Assembly (NCBI GenBank): GCA_937919625.1
Contig: CALFRK010000003.1
Span: 8,886 to 72,885, forward strand
Reading direction: 5' to 3'
Origin: an uncultured Ilumatobacter sp.
Lineage (GTDB): Bacteria; Actinomycetota; Acidimicrobiia; Acidimicrobiales; Ilumatobacteraceae
DNA: 64,000 nucleotides
Below are positions 1 to 10,231 of this stretch, piece by piece. The position numbers and the translations under genes are program-made. Below the pieces are notes generated by a model. The model had not been told where the DNA came from, did no database searches, and saw only the letters and a program-made list of their open reading frames with translations. The stretch's first letter is position 1. Each line of letters opens with the position of its first letter.

Positions 1-179
1 CTGTTGGGCCGCTTGGCCTCGTCGAGCTTGGTAAAAATGCCCGCCGTGACGAGCTCGCCGCACAGCCGCTGGTACTCATCGGCGCTGCCATCGCACCAAT
101 AGACCGTGTCGGGCTGCGTGATCTCCGCCCACTCACCCACCCATGCGATCAACCGAGCGTTCGACGTTGTTCCAGCCAT
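1..179 (-). CDS. pckG: GTP-dependent phosphoenolpyruvate carboxykinase, N-terminal 59 codons only (gene runs off the window start)
   Basis: Reverse translation from ATG at 179 gives [59 protein letters not shown]. This matches the conserved GTP-PEPCK N-terminus. It is missing from the ORF track because it is under 60 aa. Confidence 0.6.
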   Translation of the reverse strand, partial: MAGTTSNARLIAWVGEWAEITQPDTVYWCDGSADEYQRLCGELVTAGIFTKLDEAKRPN

Positions 180-365
180 CGTTTTCCTCCTGTAGGCGTG
201 ATGTAAGCGACCTTGTCTCACAGTGTGGTCGATGTCCAGCACAAACGATGGGGTCGAATGGCCCGACGCGTTGTCGATTGTGCAGATGTAGGAACATCTG
301 AAAAACCGATCAAATACGTCCGGTTGACGTTCGCAGCGCCTGATTAGCGCCCGGCTGAGGCCGAC

Positions 366-590
366 TCAGTGCGAGCCGGGCGTGCCCATGTCGATCTCGG
401 AACCGAGTCGCAGGTGGGTGGCCCTGCCGGCTTGATCGAGATCGAACACGACCCGCTGGCCCTGGCGGACCATGCGGAAGATCGAGCCCACGAGGGCGTC
501 GGCTGCGAGGTCGTAGTCGGCCAGATCGGTGTCGCACATGACAACGCCGAGCGCCGAAACGGGATCGTAAGCCTTGATGACACCCTGCAT
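366..590 (-). CDS. small OB-fold / cold-shock-domain-like protein, hypothetical
   Basis: 74-aa ORF. GVIKAYDPVSALGVVMCD resembles the first strands of a CSD/S1-like fold. Codon bias looks like coding sequence. Confidence 0.4.
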   Translation of the reverse strand: MQGVIKAYDPVSALGVVMCDTDLADYDLAADALVGSIFRMVRQGQRVVFDLDQAGRATHLRLGSEIDMGTPGSH

Positions 591-692
591 GAGTGTCGAG
601 GTTAGCGGGGAGCCGTACGGCTCGACCCAACGAGGTGGCTCAACATCAGAAAGAGTTACCCGAACGCGTGCTCACAGGCAAGCTGGCCTCGC

Positions 693-884
693 TCAGCCGG
701 CTTTGACGATTTTGCCGGCTTTGATGCAACTGGTGCAGACGTTGAGCCGCTTGGGGGCGCCCTTCACCAACGCACGAACGCGCTGGATGTTCGGATTCCA
801 GCGACGCTTGGTGCGACGGTGCGAGTGCGACACCGACATGCCCCACGAGGGGCCCTTGCCACACACTTCACAAACCGATGCCAT
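693..884 (-). CDS. rpmB: 50S ribosomal protein L28 (zinc-ribbon form)
   Basis: [40 protein letters not shown]...CTSCIKAGK. The start is taken at the internal ATG of track ORF 693..968. Confidence 0.9.
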   Translation of the reverse strand: MASVCEVCGKGPSWGMSVSHSHRRTKRRWNPNIQRVRALVKGAPKRLNVCTSCIKAGKIVKAG

Positions 885-981
885 TTGCCTACCACTCCTG
901 CGACTTTGCTCGTGGACAGCAACCCTGTCCACACGGCTCCAGCATGCTAGCGGCGCAACTGCCAACAACCTCTGGACGAGA

Positions 982-2745
982 TCAGTCCTTGTACTGGCGA
1001 ACCTTGGTCGGTTTGCCGCGGATCGTGGTGCCGTTCAACACCGCTATGGCGTGTGCCAGCGAACGTTCGGGCACGCCGACAACGCTATAGCTGTCGGCGA
1101 TCCGGATCGGACCGATTTGACGGCCCTCCAGCCCGACCTCGTTGGCTATCGCTCCGACCAGGTCGCCGGGGCGCATGCCTGCGTGGCGTCCCATCGAGAC
1201 GTACAGGTACGCCGTCGGCTCGCTGTTGTCGCGGCCACGATCGTCGAGGGAGCCTCGCTGTGGCTTGCCGCGTTGGCCCTTCTTGTTCGGGTTTCCGCCA
1301 CCCTGGTTGCCCTTGTCGTAGCGGCGGGCGTCGGGGATGTCGAGCGTGTCATCGTCGGCCGCGCGCTCGGCGTCGTGGGCGAGCTTCGCCGCCGCCAACG
1401 CGATTCGCCCTTGGTCGTGGTCGGCCGCCAGCTCGTCGAGGATCTGCTGGTAGTCATCGAGGTCGTCGGATTCGAGCGCCTCGCGGATCGACTCGACGGT
1501 TTGGCTGAGGCGTTGGGCCTTCAGGTCGGCCACCGTTGGCACGGTCTTGAGGCTGATCTGTTGCTTGGTCAGCCGTTCGATGTTGCCGAGTTGGCGTTGT
1601 TCGCGTGGCTCGGCGAGCGTGATCGCCACACCTTCGCGCCCAGCCCGCCCGACGCGCCCGATGCGGTGTACATAGCTTTCGGGTGCTGAAGGGACGTCAT
1701 AGTTGACCACGTGGGTGAGTGAGTCGATGTCGAGCCCGCGGGCTGCGACGTCGGTGGCGATCAGTAGCTCGGCGGTGCCATCGCGCAGTCGCGCCATCAC
1801 ACGATCGCGCTGTTGCTGGTCCATCCCGCCGTGCAGGGCCTCGGCCCGGTAGCCGCGGCCGTTCATGGTGACGGTCAGTTGGTCGACCTCACCGCGGGTG
1901 CGGCAGAACACGATCGTCGCAGTTGGCGATTCGACATCGAGGATGCGGCCAAGGGCGGCGGCCTTGTGCGCCCGCTGCACGACATAGGCACTTTGTCGAA
2001 CGAGCTGCGTGCCCGGCTTCGAGTCGCCCTTGCCGATCTGAATTCGAACCGGGTCGCGCTGGTATTTGCGGGCGATCGAGTTGATCCGCGACGGCAATGT
2101 GGCCGAGAACAGCACCGTCTGGCGGTCTTCGGGAGTAGCACCGAGGATCGCCTCGAGATCGTCGGCGAATCCCATGTCGAGCATCTCGTCGGCCTCATCG
2201 AGCACGACGATCCGAACGTCGTCGAGCGGCAGAGAACCGCGGCCGATGTGGTCGACGGCACGCCCTGGCGTCGCCACGACGACATGCACACCACGATCGA
2301 GCTGTTGCAGCTGACGGTAAATCGGCTGGCCTCCATAGATCGGCACGACCCTGACTCCGAGGTGCCGGCCGTAGTTGAAGATCGCCTCGCTGACCTGCAT
2401 CGCCAGTTCGCGGGTTGGTACCAACACGATTGCGCTCGGTGACTTGCTGCGGCCCGAGTGGGTCTCGATCTGTTGCAGGATCGGGAGCGCGAAGGCGGCG
2501 GTTTTGCCGGTTCCCGTTGCGGCTTGGCCGAGCAGATCCCTGCCGGCGATCATCGGTGGGATCGTCGCCTGTTGGATCGGCGTCGGCTCTTCATACCCTA
2601 GATCGTTCAGAGCAGCCAGCAGCTCGGGTCGCAGGTCGAGAGCGGCAAAGCCAGACGGTTCGGCCGTCGGCTGTTGTTCGGTCGGCTGTTGTTCGGTCGG
2701 CTGGTCTGTTGTGTTGTCGTCCGGTGTTGGTTCGGTCGTGTCCAT
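982..2745 (-). CDS. DEAD-box ATP-dependent RNA helicase with C-terminal DbpA-type RNA-binding domain
   Basis: Motifs [24 protein letters not shown] and [10 protein letters not shown] are present. The start is set at MDTTEPT (ATG at 2745) because upstream ORF sequence overlaps the divergent gene. Confidence 0.9.
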   Translation of the reverse strand: MDTTEPTPDDNTTDQPTEQQPTEQQPTAEPSGFAALDLRPELLAALNDLGYEEPTPIQQATIPPMIAGRDLLGQAATGTGKTAAFALPILQQIETHSGRSKSPSAIVLVPTRELAMQVSEAIFNYGRHLGVRVVPIYGGQPIYRQLQQLDRGVHVVVATPGRAVDHIGRGSLPLDDVRIVVLDEADEMLDMGFADDLEAILGATPEDRQTVLFSATLPSRINSIARKYQRDPVRIQIGKGDSKPGTQLVRQSAYVVQRAHKAAALGRILDVESPTATIVFCRTRGEVDQLTVTMNGRGYRAEALHGGMDQQQRDRVMARLRDGTAELLIATDVAARGLDIDSLTHVVNYDVPSAPESYVHRIGRVGRAGREGVAITLAEPREQRQLGNIERLTKQQISLKTVPTVADLKAQRLSQTVESIREALESDDLDDYQQILDELAADHDQGRIALAAAKLAHDAERAADDDTLDIPDARRYDKGNQGGGNPNKKGQRGKPQRGSLDDRGRDNSEPTAYLYVSMGRHAGMRPGDLVGAIANEVGLEGRQIGPIRIADSYSVVGVPERSLAHAIAVLNGTTIRGKPTKVRQYKD

Positions 2746-2814
2746 ACGGGCCCAGCTCTCATCAAGGGAACGCCCGAGTCTAACGGCGGGGTGGTGTCGT
2801 CTTCGTGGAAGGCC

Positions 2815-4536
2815 ATGGTCACCCCGGGCCAGCGTTACGCTGTTGCGGTGCCCACGCTCGAACGGCTCGACGTCCATGCCCTGCGTGATGTCATCACGAC
2901 ATTTCGCGACACCGTGCGCGACCACGCCCGCGGTCTGAACCTGCTCAATGTGTACCCGGTGCCCGACGGCGACACGGGTACCAATATGGCGCGCACCCTC
3001 GACGCCGTGGTGGCCGAGATGGAGGGCGTCGATGCAAGCGATCTCGGCGCCACATGTGATGCGATCAGCCATGGTTCCCTGATGGGCGCCCGCGGCAACA
3101 GTGGCGTGATCCTGAGCCAGATCCTGCGCGGCTTGGCGTCCACGCTCAAGCACCAAGCCGAGGGCACCGGTCAGAAGGTCGCCGACGCGCTCACTGCTGC
3201 CTCGGTCGGTGCCTATCAGGCCGTGCTCAAGCCGATCGAGGGCACGATCCTAACGGTCGTACGAGAGAGCGCAGAGGCCGCCAAGGCGGCGTCTGCTGGT
3301 GATGCCTCGCTGGTCGACACCATGCGGGCCGCCCGTGCGGCCGGCAAACGGGCACTCGACAACACACCCGAGCTGCTTCCGGTCCTCAAAGATGCGGGTG
3401 TGGTCGATGCAGGGGGTGCGGGCTACCTGTTGTTCCTCGACTCGGCGTTGCACGTGATCGACGGTGTGCCGCTGCCGCAACCCGACTCGGTCGATGACTA
3501 CGCCCACGGGCTCACCGAAGAGCAGTTCGAGGCGGTCGCCCATCGCAGCTCGGGAGTCGACGGCCAGCTCGATGTCAGCGAGCAGCGTTACGAGGTCATG
3601 TATTTCCTTGATCTCGAGGATCACCTGATCGAGCAGTTCAAGCAGGGCTGGGGCGAGGTCGGCGATTCGATCGTGGTGGTCGGTGGCGAGGGCATCTGGA
3701 ACTGCCACATCCATTCGAACGACATCGGCGCAACGATCGAGGTCGCCCTCGACCTCGCTGGTCGCCCCAAGCAGATCAGGGTGACCGACCTGTTCGAGGA
3801 AGTCGCCGACGAGCACGCCCACCGCGAGGCCGCATTGGGAGGCGTGCCCAGTCGGGCAGGTGCCGGCCTTCCGCCCGTCACTACGGCGGTTGTGGCGGTG
3901 TGCAGCGGCGATGGGCTGGCCGAGCTGTTTTCCAATCTGAAGGTGCAGGGCATCGTCAGCGGCGGTCAGACACTCAACCCGTCGACGGCCGAACTGCTCG
4001 ATACTGTCGAGCACGTCAACGCCGACCAGGTCATCATCCTCCCGAACAACAAGAACATCATCCCGGTCGCCGATCAGGTAAATCGCCTCACGTCGAAGAC
4101 GGTCGTCGTCATCCCGACCCGAACGATGCTTGAGGCGCTTGCCGCTTTGATCGTGTACGACCCTGAGGCCGATGCCGGCGAGAACGCCGACCAGATGAAC
4201 GACGCGATCCAGTCGGTCGCTACCGGCGAGGTCACTCAGGCAGTTCGATCCTCCAATAGCGAGGTCGGGCCAATCACCGCAGGAGATTGGATGGGCATCG
4301 TCAAGGGTGAGGGCATCGTGTCGGTTGCCGACTCGGTGCTAGGGGCCACGACGCATCTGCTCGACAATCTGCTAGGTGACGAATCCGAGCTACTCACGAT
4401 CATTACCGGCCGCGACGCCGACCCTGTCATCACCGCTCAGATCGAGGGCTGGATGGCCGATGAGCACGCCGATGTGCAAATCGAGCGGCACAAGGGCGGC
4501 CAGCCGCTCTATCCGTATCTCTTCGGCGTCGAGTAG
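2815..4536 (+). CDS. DAK2 domain-containing protein (YloV-like)
   Basis: The DAK2 signature YPVPDGDTGTNM is present. It sits directly upstream of recG, as in many Gram-positive genomes. Confidence 0.8.
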   Translation: MVTPGQRYAVAVPTLERLDVHALRDVITTFRDTVRDHARGLNLLNVYPVPDGDTGTNMARTLDAVVAEMEGVDASDLGATCDAISHGSLMGARGNSGVILSQILRGLASTLKHQAEGTGQKVADALTAASVGAYQAVLKPIEGTILTVVRESAEAAKAASAGDASLVDTMRAARAAGKRALDNTPELLPVLKDAGVVDAGGAGYLLFLDSALHVIDGVPLPQPDSVDDYAHGLTEEQFEAVAHRSSGVDGQLDVSEQRYEVMYFLDLEDHLIEQFKQGWGEVGDSIVVVGGEGIWNCHIHSNDIGATIEVALDLAGRPKQIRVTDLFEEVADEHAHREAALGGVPSRAGAGLPPVTTAVVAVCSGDGLAELFSNLKVQGIVSGGQTLNPSTAELLDTVEHVNADQVIILPNNKNIIPVADQVNRLTSKTVVVIPTRTMLEALAALIVYDPEADAGENADQMNDAIQSVATGEVTQAVRSSNSEVGPITAGDWMGIVKGEGIVSVADSVLGATTHLLDNLLGDESELLTIITGRDADPVITAQIEGWMADEHADVQIERHKGGQPLYPYLFGVE

Positions 4537-4545
4537 AACCGGGCC

Positions 4546-6675
4546 GTGAACTCCCGCCCGCCGATCACATTGCGCGACCTTGCCGCCCTGGATGTTGGGC
4601 AACTCAAAGGGATCGGCGAGAAGAAGCGTGCCTCGTTGGCGGCGTTCGGGATCGACACGGTGCTCGACCTGGTCGCCACCTATCCGCGCCGGTGGGTCGA
4701 TCGCACCAACGAGGCCCGGATCGCCGACCTCGTCCCCGGTCAGGAGGCCCTGGTGTTGGTGGCTGTCAGATCGGTCGCCAAACGCACCACGCGAAACCGG
4801 CGTTCGATGGTGACCGCCAGCGTCGGCGACGGCTCGGGCCGGATGGAAGTCGTTTTCTTCAACCAGCCGTGGCGCGAGCGCCAGCTCAAGGAGGGCCTGC
4901 AGATCGCCTTGTTCGGCAAGGCCGACACGTACCGCGGCGGGCTTCAGATGTCGAATCCGATCGTCGATCTGATCGGCGATCGGACCGGCAAGATCGTTCC
5001 GATCTACCCCCAGAGCGAGAAGGCACAGCTCAACACCTGGGAGCTTGCGGGATGGATCGAGGAGGCGTTGCGGCGCTGTCGCGACCGTGGTATCGCTGAT
5101 CCGGTTCCCAAACAAGTAGTCAGCCGGCTCGGCCTGATCGGTCGATCCGAGGCGCTGTCGTCGATCCACGGGCCAGATTCGATTCGTGAGAAGGAGCAGG
5201 CTCGCCGCCGCTTGGCCTTCGACGAGCTGCTGCGAGTGCAGATGGTGCTCGTGCTGCGTAAGCGTGAGCTCGAACGCTCGTCGCAGGGTTTGTCGCACAC
5301 CGTCGATGGCGAGCTGGTCCGGCGCTTCCACGAGGCGTTGCCGTATCCGCTGACCGACGCCCAAACCAGGGTGATCGGTGAGATCGACCACGATCTCGCC
5401 AGCTCGAACCCGATGCATCGGCTGTTGCAAGGCGATGTCGGTTCCGGCAAGACGGTGGTGGCTGTGTCGATGCTGTTGGCGGCGGTGCAGGGCGGTCACC
5501 AGGGCGCGTTGATGGCACCGACGGAGGTGTTGGCTGAACAGCATTTCACCGGTGTTCGGGCATTGCTCGGCGACTTGAAGGTGCCCGATCCGGGGAACCT
5601 GTTCGGCGATCGTCCGTTGCGGGTCGAGTTGCTCACCAACCGTGTCACCGGCTCCGAGCGCCGCGACGTGCTCGCTGGTCTGGCCGACGGCATGGTCGAC
5701 ATCGCGATCGGTACTCATGCCCTGATTCAAGAGGGTGTCGAGTTCTCGAGCTTGGGCACCGTCGTGGTCGACGAGCAGCACCGGTTCGGGGTCGAGCAGC
5801 GGGCCGCGTTGCGTGACAAATCGTCTGGCCATGTACCCGACCTCTTGGTGATGACCGCAACGCCGATTCCGCGTACGGCAGCGATGACGGTGTACGGCGA
5901 TCTCGATGTCAGCGTGCTCGATGAGATGCCGCCTGGTCGGACCCCGATCCTCACCAAATGGGCAAACGGCCCGCTGCTGGAGGTCGAGGTGTGGGCCGAC
6001 GTGCGCCACGAGGTTGCCGAGGGGCGCCAGGCGTATGTGGTGTGCCCGCTGATCGAAGAGAGCGAGAAGCTCGAGGTGGCGTCGGCTGAGGAGACCTTTC
6101 AACGGCTTGCGCACGACGAGTTGAAGGGGCTGCGGATCGGCCTGTTGCACGGGCGCTTGTCATCAGCCGAGAAGCAGATCACGATGGACCTGTTCCGCTC
6201 AGGTCAACTCGACGTGTTGGTGGCGACCACGGTGATCGAGGTCGGCGTCGACGTGGCGAATGCGACGATGATGGTGGTACTTGACGCCGACCGGTTCGGC
6301 ATCGCCCAGTTGCATCAGCTGCGCGGGCGGGTCGGACGCGGCCAGCACGCCTCGACGTGCTGGCTGGTGACCCAGGAACACGACGAGGGCAATCCTCGGG
6401 TCGAGGCGTTGGTGGCATCCACGGACGGCTTCGAGTTGGCCGAGGTCGATCTCGACCTGCGCGGCGAGGGAACACTGATGTCGACCAGCCAGAAGGGTAG
6501 GAGCGACCTGAAGCTGGCCTCGCTACGGCGCGATCGCGAACTGGTCGTGTTGGCCCGTGAAGCGGCGTTCGAGATCGTCGATGCCGACCCCGATCTAGTG
6601 GATCACCCCGTGTTGCGCGACGAACTCGACCTACTCTTCACCGAAGAAGACGAAGGCTTCCTCGCCAAGAGTTGA
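4546..6675 (+). CDS. recG: ATP-dependent DNA helicase RecG
   Basis: 709 aa with GDVGSGKT, DEQHRFG, MTATPIPRT and QLHQLRGRVGRG. There is a wedge/OB region at the N-terminus. Confidence 0.9.
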   Translation: MNSRPPITLRDLAALDVGQLKGIGEKKRASLAAFGIDTVLDLVATYPRRWVDRTNEARIADLVPGQEALVLVAVRSVAKRTTRNRRSMVTASVGDGSGRMEVVFFNQPWRERQLKEGLQIALFGKADTYRGGLQMSNPIVDLIGDRTGKIVPIYPQSEKAQLNTWELAGWIEEALRRCRDRGIADPVPKQVVSRLGLIGRSEALSSIHGPDSIREKEQARRRLAFDELLRVQMVLVLRKRELERSSQGLSHTVDGELVRRFHEALPYPLTDAQTRVIGEIDHDLASSNPMHRLLQGDVGSGKTVVAVSMLLAAVQGGHQGALMAPTEVLAEQHFTGVRALLGDLKVPDPGNLFGDRPLRVELLTNRVTGSERRDVLAGLADGMVDIAIGTHALIQEGVEFSSLGTVVVDEQHRFGVEQRAALRDKSSGHVPDLLVMTATPIPRTAAMTVYGDLDVSVLDEMPPGRTPILTKWANGPLLEVEVWADVRHEVAEGRQAYVVCPLIEESEKLEVASAEETFQRLAHDELKGLRIGLLHGRLSSAEKQITMDLFRSGQLDVLVATTVIEVGVDVANATMMVVLDADRFGIAQLHQLRGRVGRGQHASTCWLVTQEHDEGNPRVEALVASTDGFELAEVDLDLRGEGTLMSTSQKGRSDLKLASLRRDRELVVLAREAAFEIVDADPDLVDHPVLRDELDLLFTEEDEGFLAKS

Positions 6676-6710
6676 TCCTGTCCTCGGCGTTGCCGGGTAA
6701 TGTCCGCGGC

Positions 6711-7358
6711 GTGAAGCGACAGGACAAGGCCGACCGGATCGGCGAGATCCTCGACGAGATGTATCCCGAAACGCCGATACCACTCGATCATGTCGATCCG
6801 TACACGCTGCTGGTCGCCGTGGCGCTTTCGGCGCAGACCACAGACAAGAAGGTCAACCAGGTCACGCCCGCCCTGTTTGCCGTCGCCGACACTCCGGAGA
6901 AGATGGCGGCGCTCGACCCCGACCGGATTCTCGGCATGATCCGGGAGATCGGCTTGGCGCCCACCAAGGCGCGCAACCTGTGGACCGCCGCCAACCAGAT
7001 AATCGATGCCGGGGGCGACGTGATCCCCGACTGGCGGTTCCTCGAATCGTTGGCAGGGGTCGGGCACAAGACGGCCAGCGTGGTGATGTCACAGGCGTTC
7101 GGCATCCCCGCTTTCGCTGTCGACACCCACATCCACCGCTTAGCCGCTCGCTGGGGGCTGTCGAATGGCACCACGGTCGTGCGCACCGAGCGCGACCTGA
7201 AGGCAGTGTTCGCCGAGAACACATGGAACGCCCGTCATCTCCAGATTATCTTCTTCGGGCGCGAGTGCTGCCCGGCGCTGCGTCATGACCTGTCAACGTG
7301 TCCGATCTGCGGCTGGGCCGCCACCAAGCAGCGGATCCGCGACGAGTCGAGTCGTTAG
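6711..7358 (+). CDS. nth: endonuclease III
   Basis: LLVAVALSAQTTDKKVN, an HhH-GPD core, and a C-terminal 4Fe-4S cysteine cluster (C..CPAL....STCPIC). I prefer the GTG at 6711. The TTG at 6672 is the alternative. Confidence 0.85.
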   Translation: MKRQDKADRIGEILDEMYPETPIPLDHVDPYTLLVAVALSAQTTDKKVNQVTPALFAVADTPEKMAALDPDRILGMIREIGLAPTKARNLWTAANQIIDAGGDVIPDWRFLESLAGVGHKTASVVMSQAFGIPAFAVDTHIHRLAARWGLSNGTTVVRTERDLKAVFAENTWNARHLQIIFFGRECCPALRHDLSTCPICGWAATKQRIRDESSR

Positions 7359-7375
7359 CTCGTGCCGACGCGGCC

Positions 7376-7573
7376 TCAGACGTCGGGTTGGTCGCCGGCG
7401 CTTTCGTCGTCTTCTAGTACGAGATCCCAGCGGTCGAGACAGTCCTGGCACCGATAGGCGACAACATCTCCTGACAACCAGATCCCGTCTTCACGGGGTG
7501 GTGTCAGAAGGAAACAACGACCACCACAATCGATGCAGGTGATCTCGCGGTCGGGCTCCAACATGCAGCCCAT
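7376..7573 (-). CDS. small zinc-ribbon protein, hypothetical
   Basis: 65 aa with CIDCGG...CQDC and an acidic tail. I recognise no family. Confidence 0.4.
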   Translation of the reverse strand: MGCMLEPDREITCIDCGGRCFLLTPPREDGIWLSGDVVAYRCQDCLDRWDLVLEDDESAGDQPDV

Positions 7574-7626
7574 TATGCCCCGTGATCCAACACCCGAGCC
7601 CTTCCGACAACCCCTAGCCTTGAGGG

Positions 7627-8217
7627 ATGCGCGTTGTTGCTGGTGAACTCCGAGGGCGTCGGATCGAGGCTCCTCCTGGTCTCGATACCCGGCCGACCAC
7701 CGACATGGTACGCGAGGCCATTTTCAACGCTCTGAACAGCCTCGACCTGGTTCGCGACGCCAGGGTTGCCGATCTCTACGCCGGCAGCGGCGCACTTGGG
7801 ATCGAAGCACTTTCGCGCGGCGCAGCGCATTGCACCTTCATCGAGCGCGATCGTAAGGCGTTGCGAACACTTCGTGACAATCTCGCCGAGCTCGGGGTCG
7901 AAGACCGCTGCAAGGTAGTGCCAGGCGACGCAATGGTGCTCGTTGGCGCCTTGGATGTCGACATCGTGTTGGCCGATCCGCCGTACGACTTCGACAGGTG
8001 GCCCGATCTGCTTGCCGCTACGAAGGCATCATTCGTTGTCGCCGAGGCGGGCAGACCACTCGATCGGCTCGACCCCGAGTCGATTCGCGGATGGGCGCCG
8101 ACCCGAACCAAGCGCTACGGTCGTTCATGGGTCACGTTTTTCGAACGGTCCGACGACCCCGGCGAAGCAGCCAGTGGTCCGGCCGACGGCGATGGCATCA
8201 TCACTGAGCGACAATGA
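7627..8217 (+). CDS. rsmD: 16S rRNA (guanine966-N2)-methyltransferase RsmD
   Basis: MRVVAGELRGRRI..P....RPT.D.VREAIFN and the DPPY motif. It is adjacent to coaD. Confidence 0.85.
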   Translation: MRVVAGELRGRRIEAPPGLDTRPTTDMVREAIFNALNSLDLVRDARVADLYAGSGALGIEALSRGAAHCTFIERDRKALRTLRDNLAELGVEDRCKVVPGDAMVLVGALDVDIVLADPPYDFDRWPDLLAATKASFVVAEAGRPLDRLDPESIRGWAPTRTKRYGRSWVTFFERSDDPGEAASGPADGDGIITERQ

Positions 8218-8239
8218 CAGCACTACCGTGGAGCTACCC

Positions 8240-8728
8240 ATGACAAAGGTGTTGATCCCCGGCAGTTTCGATCCGCTCCACCTCGGCCACATCGACGTTG
8301 TCGATCAGGCGGTCGAGTTGTTCGGCGATGTCGTGATCGGAGTGCTCGTCAACTTTGAAAAGCCGTCGGGTCTGTTCAAACCCGCCGAGCGGGTGCAACT
8401 CGCCCGAGCCAGCCTGGGCGATCGTCGATCGGTCACGGTGCATGCCTTTGGCGGCCTCGCCGTGCAGGCCGCCGCAGAGGTGGGGGCCGACTTCATCGTC
8501 AAGGGCTTGCGGACCCCCAACGATTTCGATATCGAGCAGCAGATGGCCCACATCAACCACTCGGTCACAGCCATCCGCACGGTGTTTTTACCCTGCCGGT
8601 CCGACCTCGGATTCATCTCCAGCCGGTTCATCCGCGAGATCGCCGCCCACGGCGAAGCGATCGACCATCTGGTCGCAGCACCTGTGGCGGCCGCTCTCGC
8701 GGATAGATTTGCTGGTCCGTCCCACTAG
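8240..8728 (+). CDS. coaD: phosphopantetheine adenylyltransferase
   Basis: MTKVLIPGSFDPLHLGHIDVV. The start is at the internal ATG, codon 100 of track ORF 7943..8728. Confidence 0.9.
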   Translation: MTKVLIPGSFDPLHLGHIDVVDQAVELFGDVVIGVLVNFEKPSGLFKPAERVQLARASLGDRRSVTVHAFGGLAVQAAAEVGADFIVKGLRTPNDFDIEQQMAHINHSVTAIRTVFLPCRSDLGFISSRFIREIAAHGEAIDHLVAAPVAAALADRFAGPSH

Positions 8729-8744
8729 TGAGACACAGACTCCC

Positions 8745-9380
8745 ATGACCCACGACGATCGATACGACGACCACTACGGCGACGCAGATGATGCGGTCGA
8801 CGCCTACAAGGAGATCGACGACGAATACCCCGACCCAAATCTGGGCACCGGCTACGTCGGCGATGCCGAGACCTGGCTGCGGCGGGCGATCGACATCGTT
8901 GCGAATGCGCCCACGATGCCGTTGTCGTCATCGCCTCGGATCGACCGTGACGAGGTGGTCGAACTGCTCGACCGTGCGCTTGCCAGCATGCCCGACGAGC
9001 TACGCCAGGCGCGCTGGATGCTCAAAGAACGTCAGGAGTTCGTCAACAAGACCCGGCGCGAGGCCAATGAAATGCTCGAGGCCGCTCGCGTGCAGGCCGA
9101 GCGGATGGTGCAGCGCACCGAGGTGGTGCGTGCCGCCGAGTCGCGTGCCCGCCAGGTCGTCGAGACAGCCGAGAGCGATGCCCGGCGTCTCAGGCTTGAA
9201 ACGGAAGATTTCCTCGATCAACGTCTGGCCAGCTTCGAGATTCTGCTGGACAAGCTTTTCAAGACCGTTGGAGCGGGTCGTCAAAAGCTGTCGATCGGTA
9301 ACGCCGGCGAGCATCTTCCAACCACCCACGTCGAGGACGAGGATGACCTGGCGAACGGGTTCTTCGACCAGGACCGTTGA
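8745..9380 (+). CDS. hypothetical protein with acidic N-terminus and long coiled coil
   Basis: The start is at MTHDDRY. The central region is rich in E/R/A heptads. It occupies the conserved slot between coaD and yceD. Confidence 0.55.
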   Translation: MTHDDRYDDHYGDADDAVDAYKEIDDEYPDPNLGTGYVGDAETWLRRAIDIVANAPTMPLSSSPRIDRDEVVELLDRALASMPDELRQARWMLKERQEFVNKTRREANEMLEAARVQAERMVQRTEVVRAAESRARQVVETAESDARRLRLETEDFLDQRLASFEILLDKLFKTVGAGRQKLSIGNAGEHLPTTHVEDEDDLANGFFDQDR

Positions 9381-9394
9381 GCCGAGGTCCTCTC

Positions 9395-9910
9395 ATGCCC
9401 TCGAATCCGCTCCACATACTGCGCGTAAATGCCCGTGAACTGCTGCGCCAGCCTGGCATGACCCGCCAGATCCATGCCGATCTGGACGCCACCGACCTCG
9501 GTGTTCAAGACGATCGGGTCGCCGGTGTCATCGACGTTGAATTCGAAGCGGTGTCCAGCATCGACGGGATCGTCGTTACCGGTTCGATTTCGACGCCGTG
9601 GCGAGTGCCGTGCCGTCGTTGTTTGACCGAGGTCGTTGGCACGGCTCGGATTGCCGTCGACGAGGTGTACCGCGACGACGTCGGAGACGCGGATGCCTTC
9701 CAGATCGAAGGCGATCAGATTGACATGGCCCCGGCGGTACGCGAATACGTGCTGCTCGAACTTCCCGACGCACCGCTATGTCGGGACGACTGTGCCGGGA
9801 TCTGCCCGATCTGCGGGATCGATCGCAATCAGACAAGCTGCGAATGTGACACGTCGGCGCGGGACGATCGTTGGTCGACGCTCGATCGACTCCGGCTCGA
9901 CGACGACTGA
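9395..9910 (+). CDS. YceD/DUF177 family protein
   Basis: C-terminal CxxxCxGxCPxCG motif (CRDDCAGICPICGIDRN). It lies immediately upstream of rpmF. The TTG at 9377 is an alternative start. Confidence 0.8.
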   Translation: MPSNPLHILRVNARELLRQPGMTRQIHADLDATDLGVQDDRVAGVIDVEFEAVSSIDGIVVTGSISTPWRVPCRRCLTEVVGTARIAVDEVYRDDVGDADAFQIEGDQIDMAPAVREYVLLELPDAPLCRDDCAGICPICGIDRNQTSCECDTSARDDRWSTLDRLRLDDD

Positions 9911-10032
9911 CAATCTGCGCTCGCACAGTCGCGATGGTGGGTCAGGTTCGTTCTTGGCAACCTGCCCGATAACCTGGCGCAGCCTCTCTGTGCAGTGCAC
10001 GGAACCGTTTATCTGATCGCTGGAGACCCACT

Positions 10033-10212
10033 GTGGCCGTTCCTAAGAAGAAGAAGTCGAAATCCAAGAGCCGCAGCACGCGTGCCGCGGCCTGGAAGCT
10101 TGGTACCCCGAGCCGCAGCCTCTGCCCCCGTTGCGGCAATGCGAAGACCCCCCACGTGGTGTGTCCCTCGTGTGGCTGGTACAAGGACCGCGTCGTCATC
10201 GACGTCGGCTGA
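10033..10212 (+). CDS. rpmF: 50S ribosomal protein L32 (zinc-ribbon form)
   Basis: Not in the ORF track (59 aa). GTG start with GGAGA 7 nt upstream. Translation: VAVPKKKKSKSKSRSTRAAAWKLGTPSRSLCPRCGNAKTPHVVCPSCGWYKDRVVIDVG. Confidence 0.85.
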   Translation: MAVPKKKKSKSKSRSTRAAAWKLGTPSRSLCPRCGNAKTPHVVCPSCGWYKDRVVIDVG

Positions 10213-10231
10213 CCGAGGTAGCTGACTGAAC

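Noticed and set aside
180-365. Short palindromes (cagatg-taggaa-catctg, gcgc-ctgatta-gcgc) in the pckG upstream region
   Set aside because: The stems are short, with no T tract in the right orientation for the adjacent minus-strand gene. I cannot distinguish them from chance.
574-1689. 371-aa plus-strand ORF
   Set aside because: It lies antisense to the DEAD-box helicase and rpmB. Its Arg/Ala/Gly-rich composition is typical of shadow ORFs in high-GC DNA, and it has no motifs.
4390-6150. 586-aa minus-strand ORF
   Set aside because: It is fully antisense to recG, which has unambiguous helicase motifs. It is a shadow ORF.
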